64,000 bases of DNA from Rhodothermales bacterium (GTDB lineage Bacteria; Bacteroidota; Rhodothermia; Rhodothermales; Bin80): NCBI GenBank assembly GCA_022821385.1, contig JAJEDR010000009.1:4884-68883 (forward strand), in the 5' to 3' direction. The notes below the pieces were generated by a model, which saw only the letters and a list, made by a program, of their open reading frames with translations, searched no databases and was not told the origin of the DNA. The position numbers and the translations under genes were made by a program. The stretch's first letter is position 1, and every line of letters begins with the position of its first letter. Positions 20,359-30,489 of the stretch are shown here, in pieces.

Positions 20359-21471
20359 ATGAAAACACGAGCTGCAGTGTTGCACAGCGTAGGAGATCCG
20401 TTGGTTATTGAGGAGTTGGAGCTTCAGCCCCCAAAGGCCGACGAGGTCCTTGTTCGGGTACATGCAGCAGGTGTCTGTCGCAGTGATCTTCAGATAATGA
20501 CCGGTAGCACTCCACATGTTCTGCCGGCAGTGCTCGGACATGAAGGCGCAGGGGTCGTCGTCGAATGTGGCAGTGAATCAGCAAATCTGCGGCCGGGTGA
20601 TCGTGTAATATTCAATTGGGCGCCGGCATGTGGGCAATGCTTCTACTGTGATCTGCACCGGCCGGCTCTCTGCAGTGTCACCAAGGATGCCATTTGGGCA
20701 GGGGTTATGCAAGATGGGACCCCACGTATGTATTTGGGGAAGAATCCGGTATATCAGTACTGTGCGCTCGGATGTTTTTCGGAGTACGTGGTGGTTGCTG
20801 AAGCTGCGTGTGTACCACTCCGCGCGAACTTGAAGATCCCTATGCCTATTGCTGCGCTGATTGGTTGTTGCGTAACGACCGGCGTGGGGGCGATACTGAA
20901 TACTGCGCGGGTACCTGCGGGTGGAAATGTTGTGGTTTATGGGGCAGGCGGGGTCGGTCTATCGGCAATTCTTGGGGCAAGATTAGTTGGTGCAGGGCTC
21001 GTTTTGGCGGTTGATCCTGTACGAGATCGTCGGACTAAGGCTGCTGAGTTTGGTGCAGACTGGACTCTTACCGGGGGCGACGGGGATGCCTCCATAGTCC
21101 GGGAGCGCACTGAGAGTCGAGGAGCTGATTTTGTCATTGAGGCAACGGGTATCCCGAGTGTCCAGGAAGCCTGTCTAGAGGCTGTGCGACCGGGAGGTAC
21201 ATTGGTTTTGGCTGGTCTGGCGCCGGTTGGAAGCAATACGAGTTTTCCTGCTGCCCGGATTACCCGAGGGGAGATAACGATCAGGGGATCATATTACGGC
21301 ACTTCGGTGCCCGAGGATGATTTCTTGCGATACGCTCGCTACTATTTGGAGGGGAAGCTTCCACTGGACAGCATGATGACCCGGCAGTATCGTCTTGAAG
21401 AGGTTATGCAGGCATATGAGGACCTTGAACAGGGTCGTTTGATTCGGGGAGTGTTACTAATGAACGGATAG
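20359..21471 (+). CDS. zinc-dependent alcohol dehydrogenase family protein
   Basis: Contains GVCRSD, GHEGAGVV, the structural-zinc cysteine cluster CGQCFYCDLHRPALC, and the NAD-binding VVVYGAGGVGL. Confidence 0.88.
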   Translation: MKTRAAVLHSVGDPLVIEELELQPPKADEVLVRVHAAGVCRSDLQIMTGSTPHVLPAVLGHEGAGVVVECGSESANLRPGDRVIFNWAPACGQCFYCDLHRPALCSVTKDAIWAGVMQDGTPRMYLGKNPVYQYCALGCFSEYVVVAEAACVPLRANLKIPMPIAALIGCCVTTGVGAILNTARVPAGGNVVVYGAGGVGLSAILGARLVGAGLVLAVDPVRDRRTKAAEFGADWTLTGGDGDASIVRERTESRGADFVIEATGIPSVQEACLEAVRPGGTLVLAGLAPVGSNTSFPAARITRGEITIRGSYYGTSVPEDDFLRYARYYLEGKLPLDSMMTRQYRLEEVMQAYEDLEQGRLIRGVLLMNG

Positions 21472-21876
21472 CGTGTGTTGACTAGTAGTTGGATCAAATC
21501 CGTGAAAGTTCGGTGTAGGGTTTTTTGGGAACACCCGGAGGATTACCAGCCCTTCCAGGCAGAATTGATTAGAAAATTCTTTAAGTTGATTGGTGTGCAT
21601 CAATAAATTCATCTTTCCGTTGAAAATTGTGTCAGGGGTGAGTTCAGTACAGCACGGACGCCGGGAATGTGTTGGCTGCTCTGATTCGGTTGAGGAAGCT
21701 TGTATGCGAACAGGTGAACTAACAGTTCAAGCATGTTCGAAGCCCGTATGTGTGATCAGATGCCACACGCTGACTTAATAACTTTTGTTTAACCTCAGAC
21801 GATTGCACATGCAGTCGGCATGCGCTTGGCTGGTAAACAATGCTAAGGTTCATTTCTTAATGAAGAGGTCTCTTGG

Positions 21877-24003
21877 ATGAAATTTTACGAATCGGTTAGC
21901 GGACAACAGACGACATTGCGATTGTTGATGTTGAAAACTCTGCTTTTTGCAGTCGCATGTCCGGTTTTTCTGCAGGCTCAGGATGTAGATACACTGAGCA
22001 CTGTGGCTATGGACGAAGTCGTTGTTACAGCGGATCGATCCGAGTCCATGCGTTCGCAGTCCACCGGGGCAGTGAGTGTACTAAAAAGTGCAACGATCAG
22101 GCAATTAGCCGGCGTTCGGGGTTTGGCTGGCGCGCTGCAGCAAGTACCTGGGTTCGCTATGCTCCATCTGGATGGCATAGGGTATGATGCACAGCCTATC
22201 ATTCGCGGATTTTATGGCGGCGGAGAAGCAGAATATGTTTTGCTGATGGTGGATGGGCAACCAGTAAACGCTCTGGAAACCGGACTGGTAAACTGGGATC
22301 AGATCCCCTTGGTGGCTATTGAATCCGTAGAAATCCTTCGCGGTGGGGCTTCATCGCTGTATGGTGATGCTGCGATTGGGGGTGTCATTAATATTGTAAC
22401 AGATTCCGAAGCATCTTCACGTTCTGAATTAGCGGTTTTCGGTGGCTCGTTTGGTACCTTCAGGGGAAGCGGCTCCTTACGGACATCGCTTGGTGGCAGA
22501 GAGATTTCGTCCTATGGTAATTACGAGACGTTACGCGGTTATCGGGAGCATGCCAATCGTACCAAATTCGGTGTGGGGGTTAGGTCGGATATATTTCGAT
22601 CAAGCCGGGTCAAGCTTACGCTTTCCGGGTCTATGCATGTGCGGAATTATGACATTCCAGGTCCACTCACAAGCGAGCAGATTGCCAACGACCGTGTCCA
22701 GCAATCCCCGTTTTTCCAACTTGATGATACCGACGAGCGCACCCAGCGATTAGCACTGCAGGGCAGGATGTATTTCGGTGAGCAATCAGAACTGCGCACT
22801 TCGATAGTTGGTAACAGGCGTAGCTTGGAGGGTACGCGCACGCTGCCCTTGAGTGCGGAATTCGCAGATGCAAAATGGCGGGATTTTGGGACTTCAAGGG
22901 TGTTTTTTAGTGGGCAATGGGTGACGCCATCATTGTTTGCAGACGACCGCCTGACGCTCGGAGCAGATCTCCAGCGTGGGGGGCTCGATGTAGAGTGGCG
23001 TAACGTTGTTACGGGTACCGCTGGCGATTTTCAGGCTCACGATGGCACAATCGGTGAATTGTCAAGCGCGGGTAATGGTACCCGTAATGCCTTGGCTGTG
23101 TACATGCAATATGACATTGAGCCCACGCGTCGATTGCGTGCTTCGGCAGGCATTCGTTACGACCGCATCAGTGATTCGTATTCACCGGAACAGGGTACAG
23201 ATCAGGATGCTGTTCATACTGCGTTGAGTCCAAAAGTGGGTCTTAATATTCGCTATGTGGCAAGTACGCAGCACGTAGGCAATTGGTATGCCAATGTGAC
23301 GCGCTCGTTCAAAACTGCCACCTTGGATCAGCTATTCGGCCAGAGGTTGATTCCTTTGCCTTTTCCGCCATACGCTGTATCAATATCAAACCATGAGCTG
23401 AAGCCCCAGCGCGGCACTAGTTTTGAGACCGGATTATACCACCGTTCAGTGCTCGTACCTGAAACCTTGAGTGGAGAACTTGCATTGAGTGTATACCAGA
23501 TGGACATGAAGGATGAACTGGATTTTCAGTTCGAGACGTTCCAATATGCAAATATTGCCAGCAGCAGGCACCGAGGACTGGAAGCTGGGTTATCTCTGGA
23601 GACGGAAAACTTAGCATCCTTGCGGTTCAATTACACACTCCAGAACGTGACCTACCGTTCAGGAGATAACGAAGGAAACTTTGTTAAGGCTATCCCGAGA
23701 GACTACATCTCGGCCGCGGTGAGTTTGCCCATTCGGGACAGGATTCAGGCGATGACGACTTTGCGGAGCGCCCGACGCATCTGGCTGGACGATGCCAATA
23801 CTGTTGGATTGGACAACTTCTCCTCGGTAGATTTCAAGCTCACGTACGCAGTAGGTCGGCTTACAATTGAGTTTGAGGCATTCAATCTGCTGAATAATCT
23901 TTTCAGCACGACAGGATTCCTGGATCCGGGCGGTTCAGATACAGTATTTGTTTATCCCGCAGCGGGGCGTGCCATGCAGCTCGGAGCCGGGGTTGTGTGG
24001 TAG
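21877..24003 (+). CDS. TonB-dependent receptor
   Basis: Signal peptide and a plug region (DEVVVTADR, VEILRGGASSLYGDAAIGGVINIVT), followed by a long beta-barrel ending with an aromatic terminal residue (GAGVVW). Confidence 0.9.
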   Translation: MKFYESVSGQQTTLRLLMLKTLLFAVACPVFLQAQDVDTLSTVAMDEVVVTADRSESMRSQSTGAVSVLKSATIRQLAGVRGLAGALQQVPGFAMLHLDGIGYDAQPIIRGFYGGGEAEYVLLMVDGQPVNALETGLVNWDQIPLVAIESVEILRGGASSLYGDAAIGGVINIVTDSEASSRSELAVFGGSFGTFRGSGSLRTSLGGREISSYGNYETLRGYREHANRTKFGVGVRSDIFRSSRVKLTLSGSMHVRNYDIPGPLTSEQIANDRVQQSPFFQLDDTDERTQRLALQGRMYFGEQSELRTSIVGNRRSLEGTRTLPLSAEFADAKWRDFGTSRVFFSGQWVTPSLFADDRLTLGADLQRGGLDVEWRNVVTGTAGDFQAHDGTIGELSSAGNGTRNALAVYMQYDIEPTRRLRASAGIRYDRISDSYSPEQGTDQDAVHTALSPKVGLNIRYVASTQHVGNWYANVTRSFKTATLDQLFGQRLIPLPFPPYAVSISNHELKPQRGTSFETGLYHRSVLVPETLSGELALSVYQMDMKDELDFQFETFQYANIASSRHRGLEAGLSLETENLASLRFNYTLQNVTYRSGDNEGNFVKAIPRDYISAAVSLPIRDRIQAMTTLRSARRIWLDDANTVGLDNFSSVDFKLTYAVGRLTIEFEAFNLLNNLFSTTGFLDPGGSDTVFVYPAAGRAMQLGAGVVW

Positions 24004-24032
24004 TTGAGTACCAGAATTAGACAAGCAGCTTA

Positions 24033-24371
24033 GTGAAGAGAGTTTATACGGTTATAGTGCTTGTTGGCGCGCTTTTCTTTGCGCTGTGTGCGTATTGGCA
24101 GTTGAATGATCCCGATGCTCTTTGGTGGGTTGCTGCGTATGCATTTGCTGCACTGGCAGGTTTTGCGACGATACTAAAGCGGTTGCCGTGGCGACTTGCG
24201 GCCTTTTTCGCACTTGCAGCATTGGGGCTTGGTCTTTACTACACCTGGCTGGTTGTGAGCCAAAACCTTCACTACTTTGAGGATGAAGCCGGCCGCGAAA
24301 TGATGGGTGCCCTGATGATCTTCGTCTATATGCTTATTCTGACGAGGCGTGCCCGTCAGTATCGGAGTTAG
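24033..24371 (+). CDS. transmembrane family 220-like small membrane protein
   Basis: 112 aa with four hydrophobic spans and an N-terminal YWQLNDPDALWW motif. It uses a GTG start. Confidence 0.6.
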   Translation: MKRVYTVIVLVGALFFALCAYWQLNDPDALWWVAAYAFAALAGFATILKRLPWRLAAFFALAALGLGLYYTWLVVSQNLHYFEDEAGREMMGALMIFVYMLILTRRARQYRS

Positions 24372-26076
24372 TTTGTGCTTGGTACTTTACGACGCCTCCC
24401 ACTATCGTGAAGAGTACCTTAGTTGAGAGGATTTCTTCATCAGGTATAGTCAGGATATCCTCTGAGAGGACAGTTATATCCGCCAGTTTTCCGGGTGTAA
24501 GCGAGCCTTTGATGTCTTCCTCAAACGCTGCATAGGCATTATTGAGTGTGTAAGACTGCAAGGCCTGTTCCCTAGAGAGTCGCTCGTCGGGATAAAACAC
24601 GGATCCATCGCTTAGTACACGTGTAACCGTTGCATAGTAGCTTGCGATAGGATCTATATCTTCCACGGGCGCGTCGGTCCCATTCGTGACCACCGCACCG
24701 GTCTGCCATAACGTTTGCCAGCGATATGCGCCACTTTGCGCCCGCTCTTCACCTAGGCGGCGAAAAACCCATGGACCATCACTTGTGGCGTGCACGCCCT
24801 GCATAGAAGGGATGACTCCCAGGATTCCAAACCGTGGGATGTCGTCTGGGTGAATATGCTGTGCGTGTTCAATCCGCCAGCGAAAATCGTTGTCGGTGTT
24901 GCCGTAGAGCGATTCGTAAAGATCCAGAACGACCCGGTTTGCACGGTCTCCGATTGCGTGAATATTCACCTGGAAGTCATGGGCCTTTGCGATTTCTGCC
25001 GTGGCCCGGACTTCGTCTGTTGCGGTGGTTTCGAGGCCCCTTGAGTTAGGCATATCTGTGTATGGTTCAAGTAGCCAGGCACCGTGAGAGCCGAGTGCTC
25101 CATCGATTGAGCGCTTTACGCTGCGGACAGTCAGGTGATTGTTTCCGTAGCCGATCATTCGATAGGATGCCAGCTTTTCCTCCAATGCAGTGCTATTTGC
25201 ACGAATCATCACATAAAGGCGCACCGGAAGGTTGCCTTCATTTGCGAGTTCCCTGAAAAGGTCTACCGTAGAGAACCCTACTCCGGCATCGTGGAATGAG
25301 GTTATTCCGTTAGCGAGAGCTTCTTCGGCGGCCAAACGCGCCATTGTGCGTAAGTCCTCCTCAAGTTCTTCGGGTGTCATTCCTTCCCGTGCCTTTGCCC
25401 GCGCGGCTCCCACGAGGCCCTCGGCGGTTTCCCTGAGAAGTCCGGTCAGATCTCCGCGCAGATCTCGTACGAGCTCGCCACCAGAGGGGTTTGGAGTTTC
25501 CGGGCTAAGTCCTGCCGCGTCCATTGCCGCTTTGTTGGCAAATCCTGCGTGACCGCTGGCATGGCGCAGCAGTACGGGGTTATCGGGGGAAACGGCGCTC
25601 AGGGTGTGGTGTGTGGGAACACCTTCCACAGATCCGGGAGGGATTGAATCCCATTTTTCCTGATGCCATCCGCGGCCGGTGATCCACTCGCCCTGCTCAG
25701 CTTCGGTAGCAGCCGAGTCGACCATTGCGACAATTTCTTGCCAGCTCTTGGCTGTTGTCAGGTCAAGAATCATTTTGGCTTCGCCAACCCCAAGGAAATG
25801 GCCATGTCCCTCAATGAAGCCCGGAATAGCTAGGTTGCCGTCCAGATCAATGACATGAGTTTGCGCTCCGATATGGGTTGCAATTTCTTCGGCAGTGCCC
25901 ACAGCTACGATGGTATCCCCTATTACAGCCAAGGCTTCCGCCTCTGGCAGGGATGGATCCACGGTGACAATTTTTCCGTTCGTCAGCACGAGGTCGGCAG
26001 ATTCTTCGCTGGAACAGCCGAAAAATAAAAGAGCAGATAAAGTAAGCGCGATGAAGGTAGAGGAAGAGAGCTTCAT
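24334..26076 (-). CDS. amidohydrolase family protein (YtcJ-like metal-dependent hydrolase), lipoprotein
   Basis: The ATG at 26076 gives a lipoprotein signal, LLFFGCSS. Also present are ADLVLTNGKIVTVD, IPGFIEGHGHF, HAIGDRA and GTDAPVE. Confidence 0.85.
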   Translation of the reverse strand: MKLSSSTFIALTLSALLFFGCSSEESADLVLTNGKIVTVDPSLPEAEALAVIGDTIVAVGTAEEIATHIGAQTHVIDLDGNLAIPGFIEGHGHFLGVGEAKMILDLTTAKSWQEIVAMVDSAATEAEQGEWITGRGWHQEKWDSIPPGSVEGVPTHHTLSAVSPDNPVLLRHASGHAGFANKAAMDAAGLSPETPNPSGGELVRDLRGDLTGLLRETAEGLVGAARAKAREGMTPEELEEDLRTMARLAAEEALANGITSFHDAGVGFSTVDLFRELANEGNLPVRLYVMIRANSTALEEKLASYRMIGYGNNHLTVRSVKRSIDGALGSHGAWLLEPYTDMPNSRGLETTATDEVRATAEIAKAHDFQVNIHAIGDRANRVVLDLYESLYGNTDNDFRWRIEHAQHIHPDDIPRFGILGVIPSMQGVHATSDGPWVFRRLGEERAQSGAYRWQTLWQTGAVVTNGTDAPVEDIDPIASYYATVTRVLSDGSVFYPDERLSREQALQSYTLNNAYAAFEEDIKGSLTPGKLADITVLSEDILTIPDEEILSTKVLFTIVGGVVKYQAQTNSDTDGHASSE

Positions 26077-26120
26077 AAGGTCAGCGTTTGGGGGCCTAAA
26101 CATACGAAGATAAACATTGT

Positions 26121-26414
26121 ATGTCGCACATACAGCCATTGGTAGATCCTCACGGTTACATGTTCAAAGGGGATTACGTAGCACGGGTACGGGAACAGCC
26201 GCGTCAGGCCCGTATCGTTAGACTTGACGAGAATGGATTCTGGTTGAGTGCACTTCGTAGTGCCTACCATTCAGCAAGTATTTCGGAACCGCTGGATATC
26301 CTTAGCTACAATGAGCTTGTGGATGATCTTACAGCAGAAGATCTCCAGCAAGCCGCTACTGAATGGTTGACTGATCGCTACGTACGGGTTACTCTTTTTC
26401 CCGAGCAGCCCTGA
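26121..26414 (+). pseudogene. possible 5'-truncated remnant of an M16 (insulinase-like) peptidase gene
   Basis: The C-terminal 50 aa or so (ILSYNELVDDLTAEDLQQAATEWLTDRYVRVTLFPE) read like the extreme C-terminus of M16 peptidases. The upstream space is occupied by an opposite-strand gene, so there is no room for the rest of the protein. Confidence 0.35.
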
Positions 26415-26510
26415 TCTGGACGCTGAAACGATACGATCAAATAAATCAGTACGCTGGTAAAACCCTAGATCGACTAAATCCCTACTAAGATTAGGGCCCC
26501 CCCTGCGTCT

Positions 26511-28985
26511 ATGTTAAGAGGTTTGTCAGCCGTAGTCTACTGCGTCCTACTGGTTTGCTGGCCCCAGAAAGCCAACGCCAGCCATTTGCTGATCAAAGCC
26601 ACCGCGAACGAGATATCGATTGATCAGCAACTGGAGCAGAATAACGAACAAAACACGTATGTGATTAGTGGGTTTGTGGTAGATGCCGAGAGTACTGAGA
26701 GTTTAATTGGAGCGACTGTTCATGCACCAGATATAGGTATAGGGACAACGACTAACCGCTATGGGTTTTTTAGTCTCTCTATTCCCGCGGATTCCGTGCG
26801 ACTTGTCGTCTCCCATGTTGGCTACCTCCCCCGTACGCTAAATCAGACACTGACAGAAGACCTTCGGTTGGACATTGAATTATCCCCTGAGGCCACCAGG
26901 CTTGGTGAGGTTGAAGTCATTGCAGTTGGGGAATCGTCGGTAGAGTCCGTTCAGATGAGTCAGATCAAATTGCAGGTCGGAACCATCCGGGCACTCCCTG
27001 TTTTGGCGGGAGAGACAGATATTTTCAAGACGCTTCAGTTACTCCCTGGGGTGCAATCGGGCCGAGAAGGGACCTCGGGGTTGTATGTTCGTGGAGGCAG
27101 TCCTGACCAGAATTTGGTCTTGCTGGACGGGGTCACGGTTTACAATCCCAGTCACTTGTATGGTTTCCTCAGTGTATTCAACAGCGATGCGATTAAGGAT
27201 GTAACGTTGATCAAAGGGGGAATTCCAGCCCGTTACGGAGGCCGTTTATCTTCGGTGATTGATTTGACCATGGAAGAGGGGAATATGAAAGAGTTTGAGG
27301 GAACGGCATCCGTGGGCATTGTTGCTTCAAGTTTCACCTTTCAGGGACCGATCAAAAAGGATAGAGCCTCATTTATTGTCGCCGCTAGACGAACCTATCT
27401 TGATTTATTGGTGTATCCATTCCTAGACAAGAGTGCGAAAGCGGGTTATTATTTTTATGATACCAGTGCGAAGGTCAATTACATCACTTCCAACAACGAT
27501 CGATTCTATCTGAGTTTTTATGCTGGACGTGATCGTGCGTATCGGCGAGAAGATCGCAATGAAGAGTTTTTCAACGAACAGCGTGATAGTCGTGGAAGTT
27601 TGGGATGGCGTAACCTAACAGCCACCGCGCGTTGGAATCGAGTATGGGGGCCGCAAATGTTTTCCAACGCATTACTGGGATATACACGCTATCGTAGTGG
27701 AGTACGAAGTCAGGAAGAGGTCAGGCTACTTGATGATAGTTCGGACATACAGCATTTCTATCGTTCCAGCTTTTTGTCAGGAATTACTGATATTATCGGT
27801 CGGATGGATTTTGATTGGGTACCGAACCCCGTCCATTACATACGATTCGGTGCAGGAGGCACCGTACATACATACAATACAGGGGTATTTTCAGAGCGAG
27901 AGTTCGGTGTAGGTATTGCTCGAGTAGATACGGTGTATAATCCAGATCATCGGATCAGAGCGTTTGAAGCACACGCTTATGCTGAGGATGAAGTCAAACT
28001 ACTCTCAAATGTATCCGTGAATGCTGGGATTCGAGCTTCTGGTTTTTTCGTCAAAGACCGGAAATATTACTCTGTTCACCCCAGGCTCAATGTTCGGTGG
28101 AAATTCGCGGCAAATTTAGCCCTCAAAACATCGTTCACCATACTGAACCAGAATTCACATTTGCTGCCCGTTGCAAATGGTTTGTCCCTTCCCCTGGATT
28201 TGTGGGTTCCCGCAACGGATCAAGTACGCCCCCAAAGCGCGACTCAAGTGGCTTCTGGCTTTGCGTGGTATTCTTCCAATAGAACCTACGAAGTTACGGT
28301 TGAAGGCTTCTACAAATGGATGAATTCCCAGATTGAGTATGCAGAAGGTGCTCAAACTTATAAAATATCTGGAGATGCCTGGCAGGACCAGATTGAGAAT
28401 GGAAAAGGCTGGTCGTATGGGGGAGAATTGTTTGTTCGGAAGAGTGCTGGACGGGTCACAGGGTGGATCGGATACAGCTTGACGAAGACACGCCGAAAAT
28501 TCTCTGCTCTCAACGGCGGACGAGTCTTCCCTTTCCGATTTGACCGCTTGCATGATGTGTCGGCGGCCGCCATCTGGCAGTTAAGCCAGTCTGCTGAACT
28601 GTCCGCCGTCTGGGTCTATGGCACTGGTCAAGCGGTTTGGCTACCCGTTGGTCATTTCTATGGACTTCGACACGATCCAGGTGGAGCAACAAAGATTTTT
28701 GATCCACACAAATCACGTTTGTTGCCGGTGTACGGTGATCGTAATTCGGTTCGGATGAGAGCTTACCATCGCCTTGATTTATCCATGCAGATGAAACGGG
28801 ATCGACAATGGGCCCATCGCACGTTCTCGTTTGGAGTCTATAACGCATACAGTAGACAGAACCCTTTTCTTCTGCAAACAAAGAACGCACGCGACGAAAG
28901 TGGAGATGAGCTGAACTATCTGATATTTGAACAAGTCACCGCGTTCCCGGTCATCCCTTTTGTAAACTACAGGCTTGAATTTTAA
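26511..28985 (+). CDS. TonB-dependent receptor with N-terminal carboxypeptidase-regulatory-like domain
   Basis: Contains ISGFVVDAESTESLIGATV...NRYGFFSL...VVSHVGYL (CarboxypepD_reg) and a plug (LQLLPGVQSG...GLYVRGGSPDQNLVLLDG). A beta-barrel follows, ending in VNYRLEF. Confidence 0.9.
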   Translation: MLRGLSAVVYCVLLVCWPQKANASHLLIKATANEISIDQQLEQNNEQNTYVISGFVVDAESTESLIGATVHAPDIGIGTTTNRYGFFSLSIPADSVRLVVSHVGYLPRTLNQTLTEDLRLDIELSPEATRLGEVEVIAVGESSVESVQMSQIKLQVGTIRALPVLAGETDIFKTLQLLPGVQSGREGTSGLYVRGGSPDQNLVLLDGVTVYNPSHLYGFLSVFNSDAIKDVTLIKGGIPARYGGRLSSVIDLTMEEGNMKEFEGTASVGIVASSFTFQGPIKKDRASFIVAARRTYLDLLVYPFLDKSAKAGYYFYDTSAKVNYITSNNDRFYLSFYAGRDRAYRREDRNEEFFNEQRDSRGSLGWRNLTATARWNRVWGPQMFSNALLGYTRYRSGVRSQEEVRLLDDSSDIQHFYRSSFLSGITDIIGRMDFDWVPNPVHYIRFGAGGTVHTYNTGVFSEREFGVGIARVDTVYNPDHRIRAFEAHAYAEDEVKLLSNVSVNAGIRASGFFVKDRKYYSVHPRLNVRWKFAANLALKTSFTILNQNSHLLPVANGLSLPLDLWVPATDQVRPQSATQVASGFAWYSSNRTYEVTVEGFYKWMNSQIEYAEGAQTYKISGDAWQDQIENGKGWSYGGELFVRKSAGRVTGWIGYSLTKTRRKFSALNGGRVFPFRFDRLHDVSAAAIWQLSQSAELSAVWVYGTGQAVWLPVGHFYGLRHDPGGATKIFDPHKSRLLPVYGDRNSVRMRAYHRLDLSMQMKRDRQWAHRTFSFGVYNAYSRQNPFLLQTKNARDESGDELNYLIFEQVTAFPVIPFVNYRLEF

Positions 28986-28995
28986 GAATTCATTC

Positions 28996-29946
28996 ATGAA
29001 ATCCCGGTTGTATCTACTTATTCTGCTGTGTTTGGGTTGCGAGACCGTTGTTGAGGTGTCTCCTCCTGAATACGATTCGGAGCCGGTGGTTACAAGTTTC
29101 TTTTCGACGGACAGTATATGGTCCGTTACAATGCATAGGAGCCTGGGTGCCACTGTAAAGCGAGATGTAACACACGAATACATTGCAGACGCGTCTGTGA
29201 GGATCCTGGATGGTTCCAATACGGTTGATATCTTGAATTACCGGGGAAATGGAAAATATGTATCCAGTACAGGTGAGTTGCCTACGAGTGGAATCCAGTA
29301 TACACTTCGTGTGGATTTTCCAAGCAAACCCAGTATTCAAGCCACTTCTTCGGCTCCTTCCCCAGTCGTGATATCCGATTATTCAATTGAATATCGGCCA
29401 CCTGAGCCCGATATGATTCCTGCAAGCGGATATCATCTCAGGATCGTTTTTTCAGACGCGCCCGGTATGAACTTCTACAGAATCGGGGTTTACCGTCGTG
29501 TATGGAATCCATTTGCAACTGATGAATTAGTCCCTGACAGTATATATGAATCAATATGGTTTGATGACTTTTCTCCCGGATGGTCCTGTGGCTATTTCGC
29601 CGACGATGTAGCGGACGTTGATCCGACCGATGTAGGAGGAGGCAGTGGTGGTGTACCATGTGAAGAATTTGTTGTAACAGACAGACTATTTGATGGTAAG
29701 GATTACTCGTGGAGTGGGATCGCTCTTGGCGGGTCAGACGGGAGAGGAAGAAAAGAATTTCGTCTCATTATTTCGTCTCTCAGCGAAGATTATTACAGAT
29801 ATCTTCAATCTTTGGAACGCAATGTCTTCCACGATCCATTGACGCAAGAGCCATTCCCAATGTACACCAATGTGAGTGGAGGTTTAGGTGTTTTTGCCGG
29901 ATACACAAACACGAATCTCATCCTACCCATACCCAGTGATAATTGA
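28996..29946 (+). CDS. DUF4249 family lipoprotein
   Basis: Lipoprotein signal LLCLGCET and C-terminal NVSGGLGVFAGYT. It occupies the typical position immediately after a CarboxypepD_reg TonB receptor. Confidence 0.75.
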   Translation: MKSRLYLLILLCLGCETVVEVSPPEYDSEPVVTSFFSTDSIWSVTMHRSLGATVKRDVTHEYIADASVRILDGSNTVDILNYRGNGKYVSSTGELPTSGIQYTLRVDFPSKPSIQATSSAPSPVVISDYSIEYRPPEPDMIPASGYHLRIVFSDAPGMNFYRIGVYRRVWNPFATDELVPDSIYESIWFDDFSPGWSCGYFADDVADVDPTDVGGGSGGVPCEEFVVTDRLFDGKDYSWSGIALGGSDGRGRKEFRLIISSLSEDYYRYLQSLERNVFHDPLTQEPFPMYTNVSGGLGVFAGYTNTNLILPIPSDN

Positions 29947-30416
29947 AGCCGATCGCGATTTTTGTTGAACAATCACACTAAACCCAATGGCCGCTGGTGA
30001 ATGCAGCGGGGCAGCGGGCTGGTTTTAGCTGTTGTACAGATTTGACTTAATAGATTTTGCTTATCACGGTAGTGTCTAGGTACGCCGGAGTCCTACCGTT
30101 ATCCTTTAGTTACAGAGGGTAAGTCTGCAACAAGGCAGTGGGCTGTTAGATATCAAAAAACCTATGTGCTGTGGGCCCCCAAATACAAGAACCCTCAAAA
30201 TTGATGGATTTCAATGATTTTCCTAGACGAAAGAGTCCTGAGGCAGGATTACGGTCCGGTTAACCTCGGTTTGTGTGATGAGTGACGCGCCCGGCGCTTA
30301 TTCATCGGGGTCGTGTTGCCGAGTAAAGAAGCAAGTCCCAAAGGGATTCGGTGCCATACACTGGGCGGAGGCTCCTCTTGGAACCAATTTGAGCAACATA
30401 GAATAAACGCCCTCAC

Positions 30417-30489
30417 TGCCCTGTAGCTCAATTGGCAGAGCGCCTGGCTCTGGACCAGGAGGTTCCAGGTTCGAATCCTGGCGGGGCAA
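30417..30489 (+). tRNA. tRNA-Gln (anticodon CUG)
   Basis: Cloverleaf fold. The acceptor stem is TGCCCTG/CGGGGCA (U1-A72, typical of tRNA-Gln), the D arm GCTC/GAGC, the anticodon stem CCTGG/CCAGG with loop CTCTGGA, and the T arm CCAGG-TTCGAAT-CCTGG. Confidence 0.93.

Noticed and set aside
21472-21876. Possible cobalamin riboswitch in the 400-nt leader of the TonB-dependent receptor
   Set aside because: Only loose fragments (GGGAA, GCCAC) are present. The conserved core (GGTG..AA.TCC, CCCGC.ACTGT, the GCCACTG B12 box, AGCCAGGAGACCTGCC) is absent. An Rfam scan would settle it.
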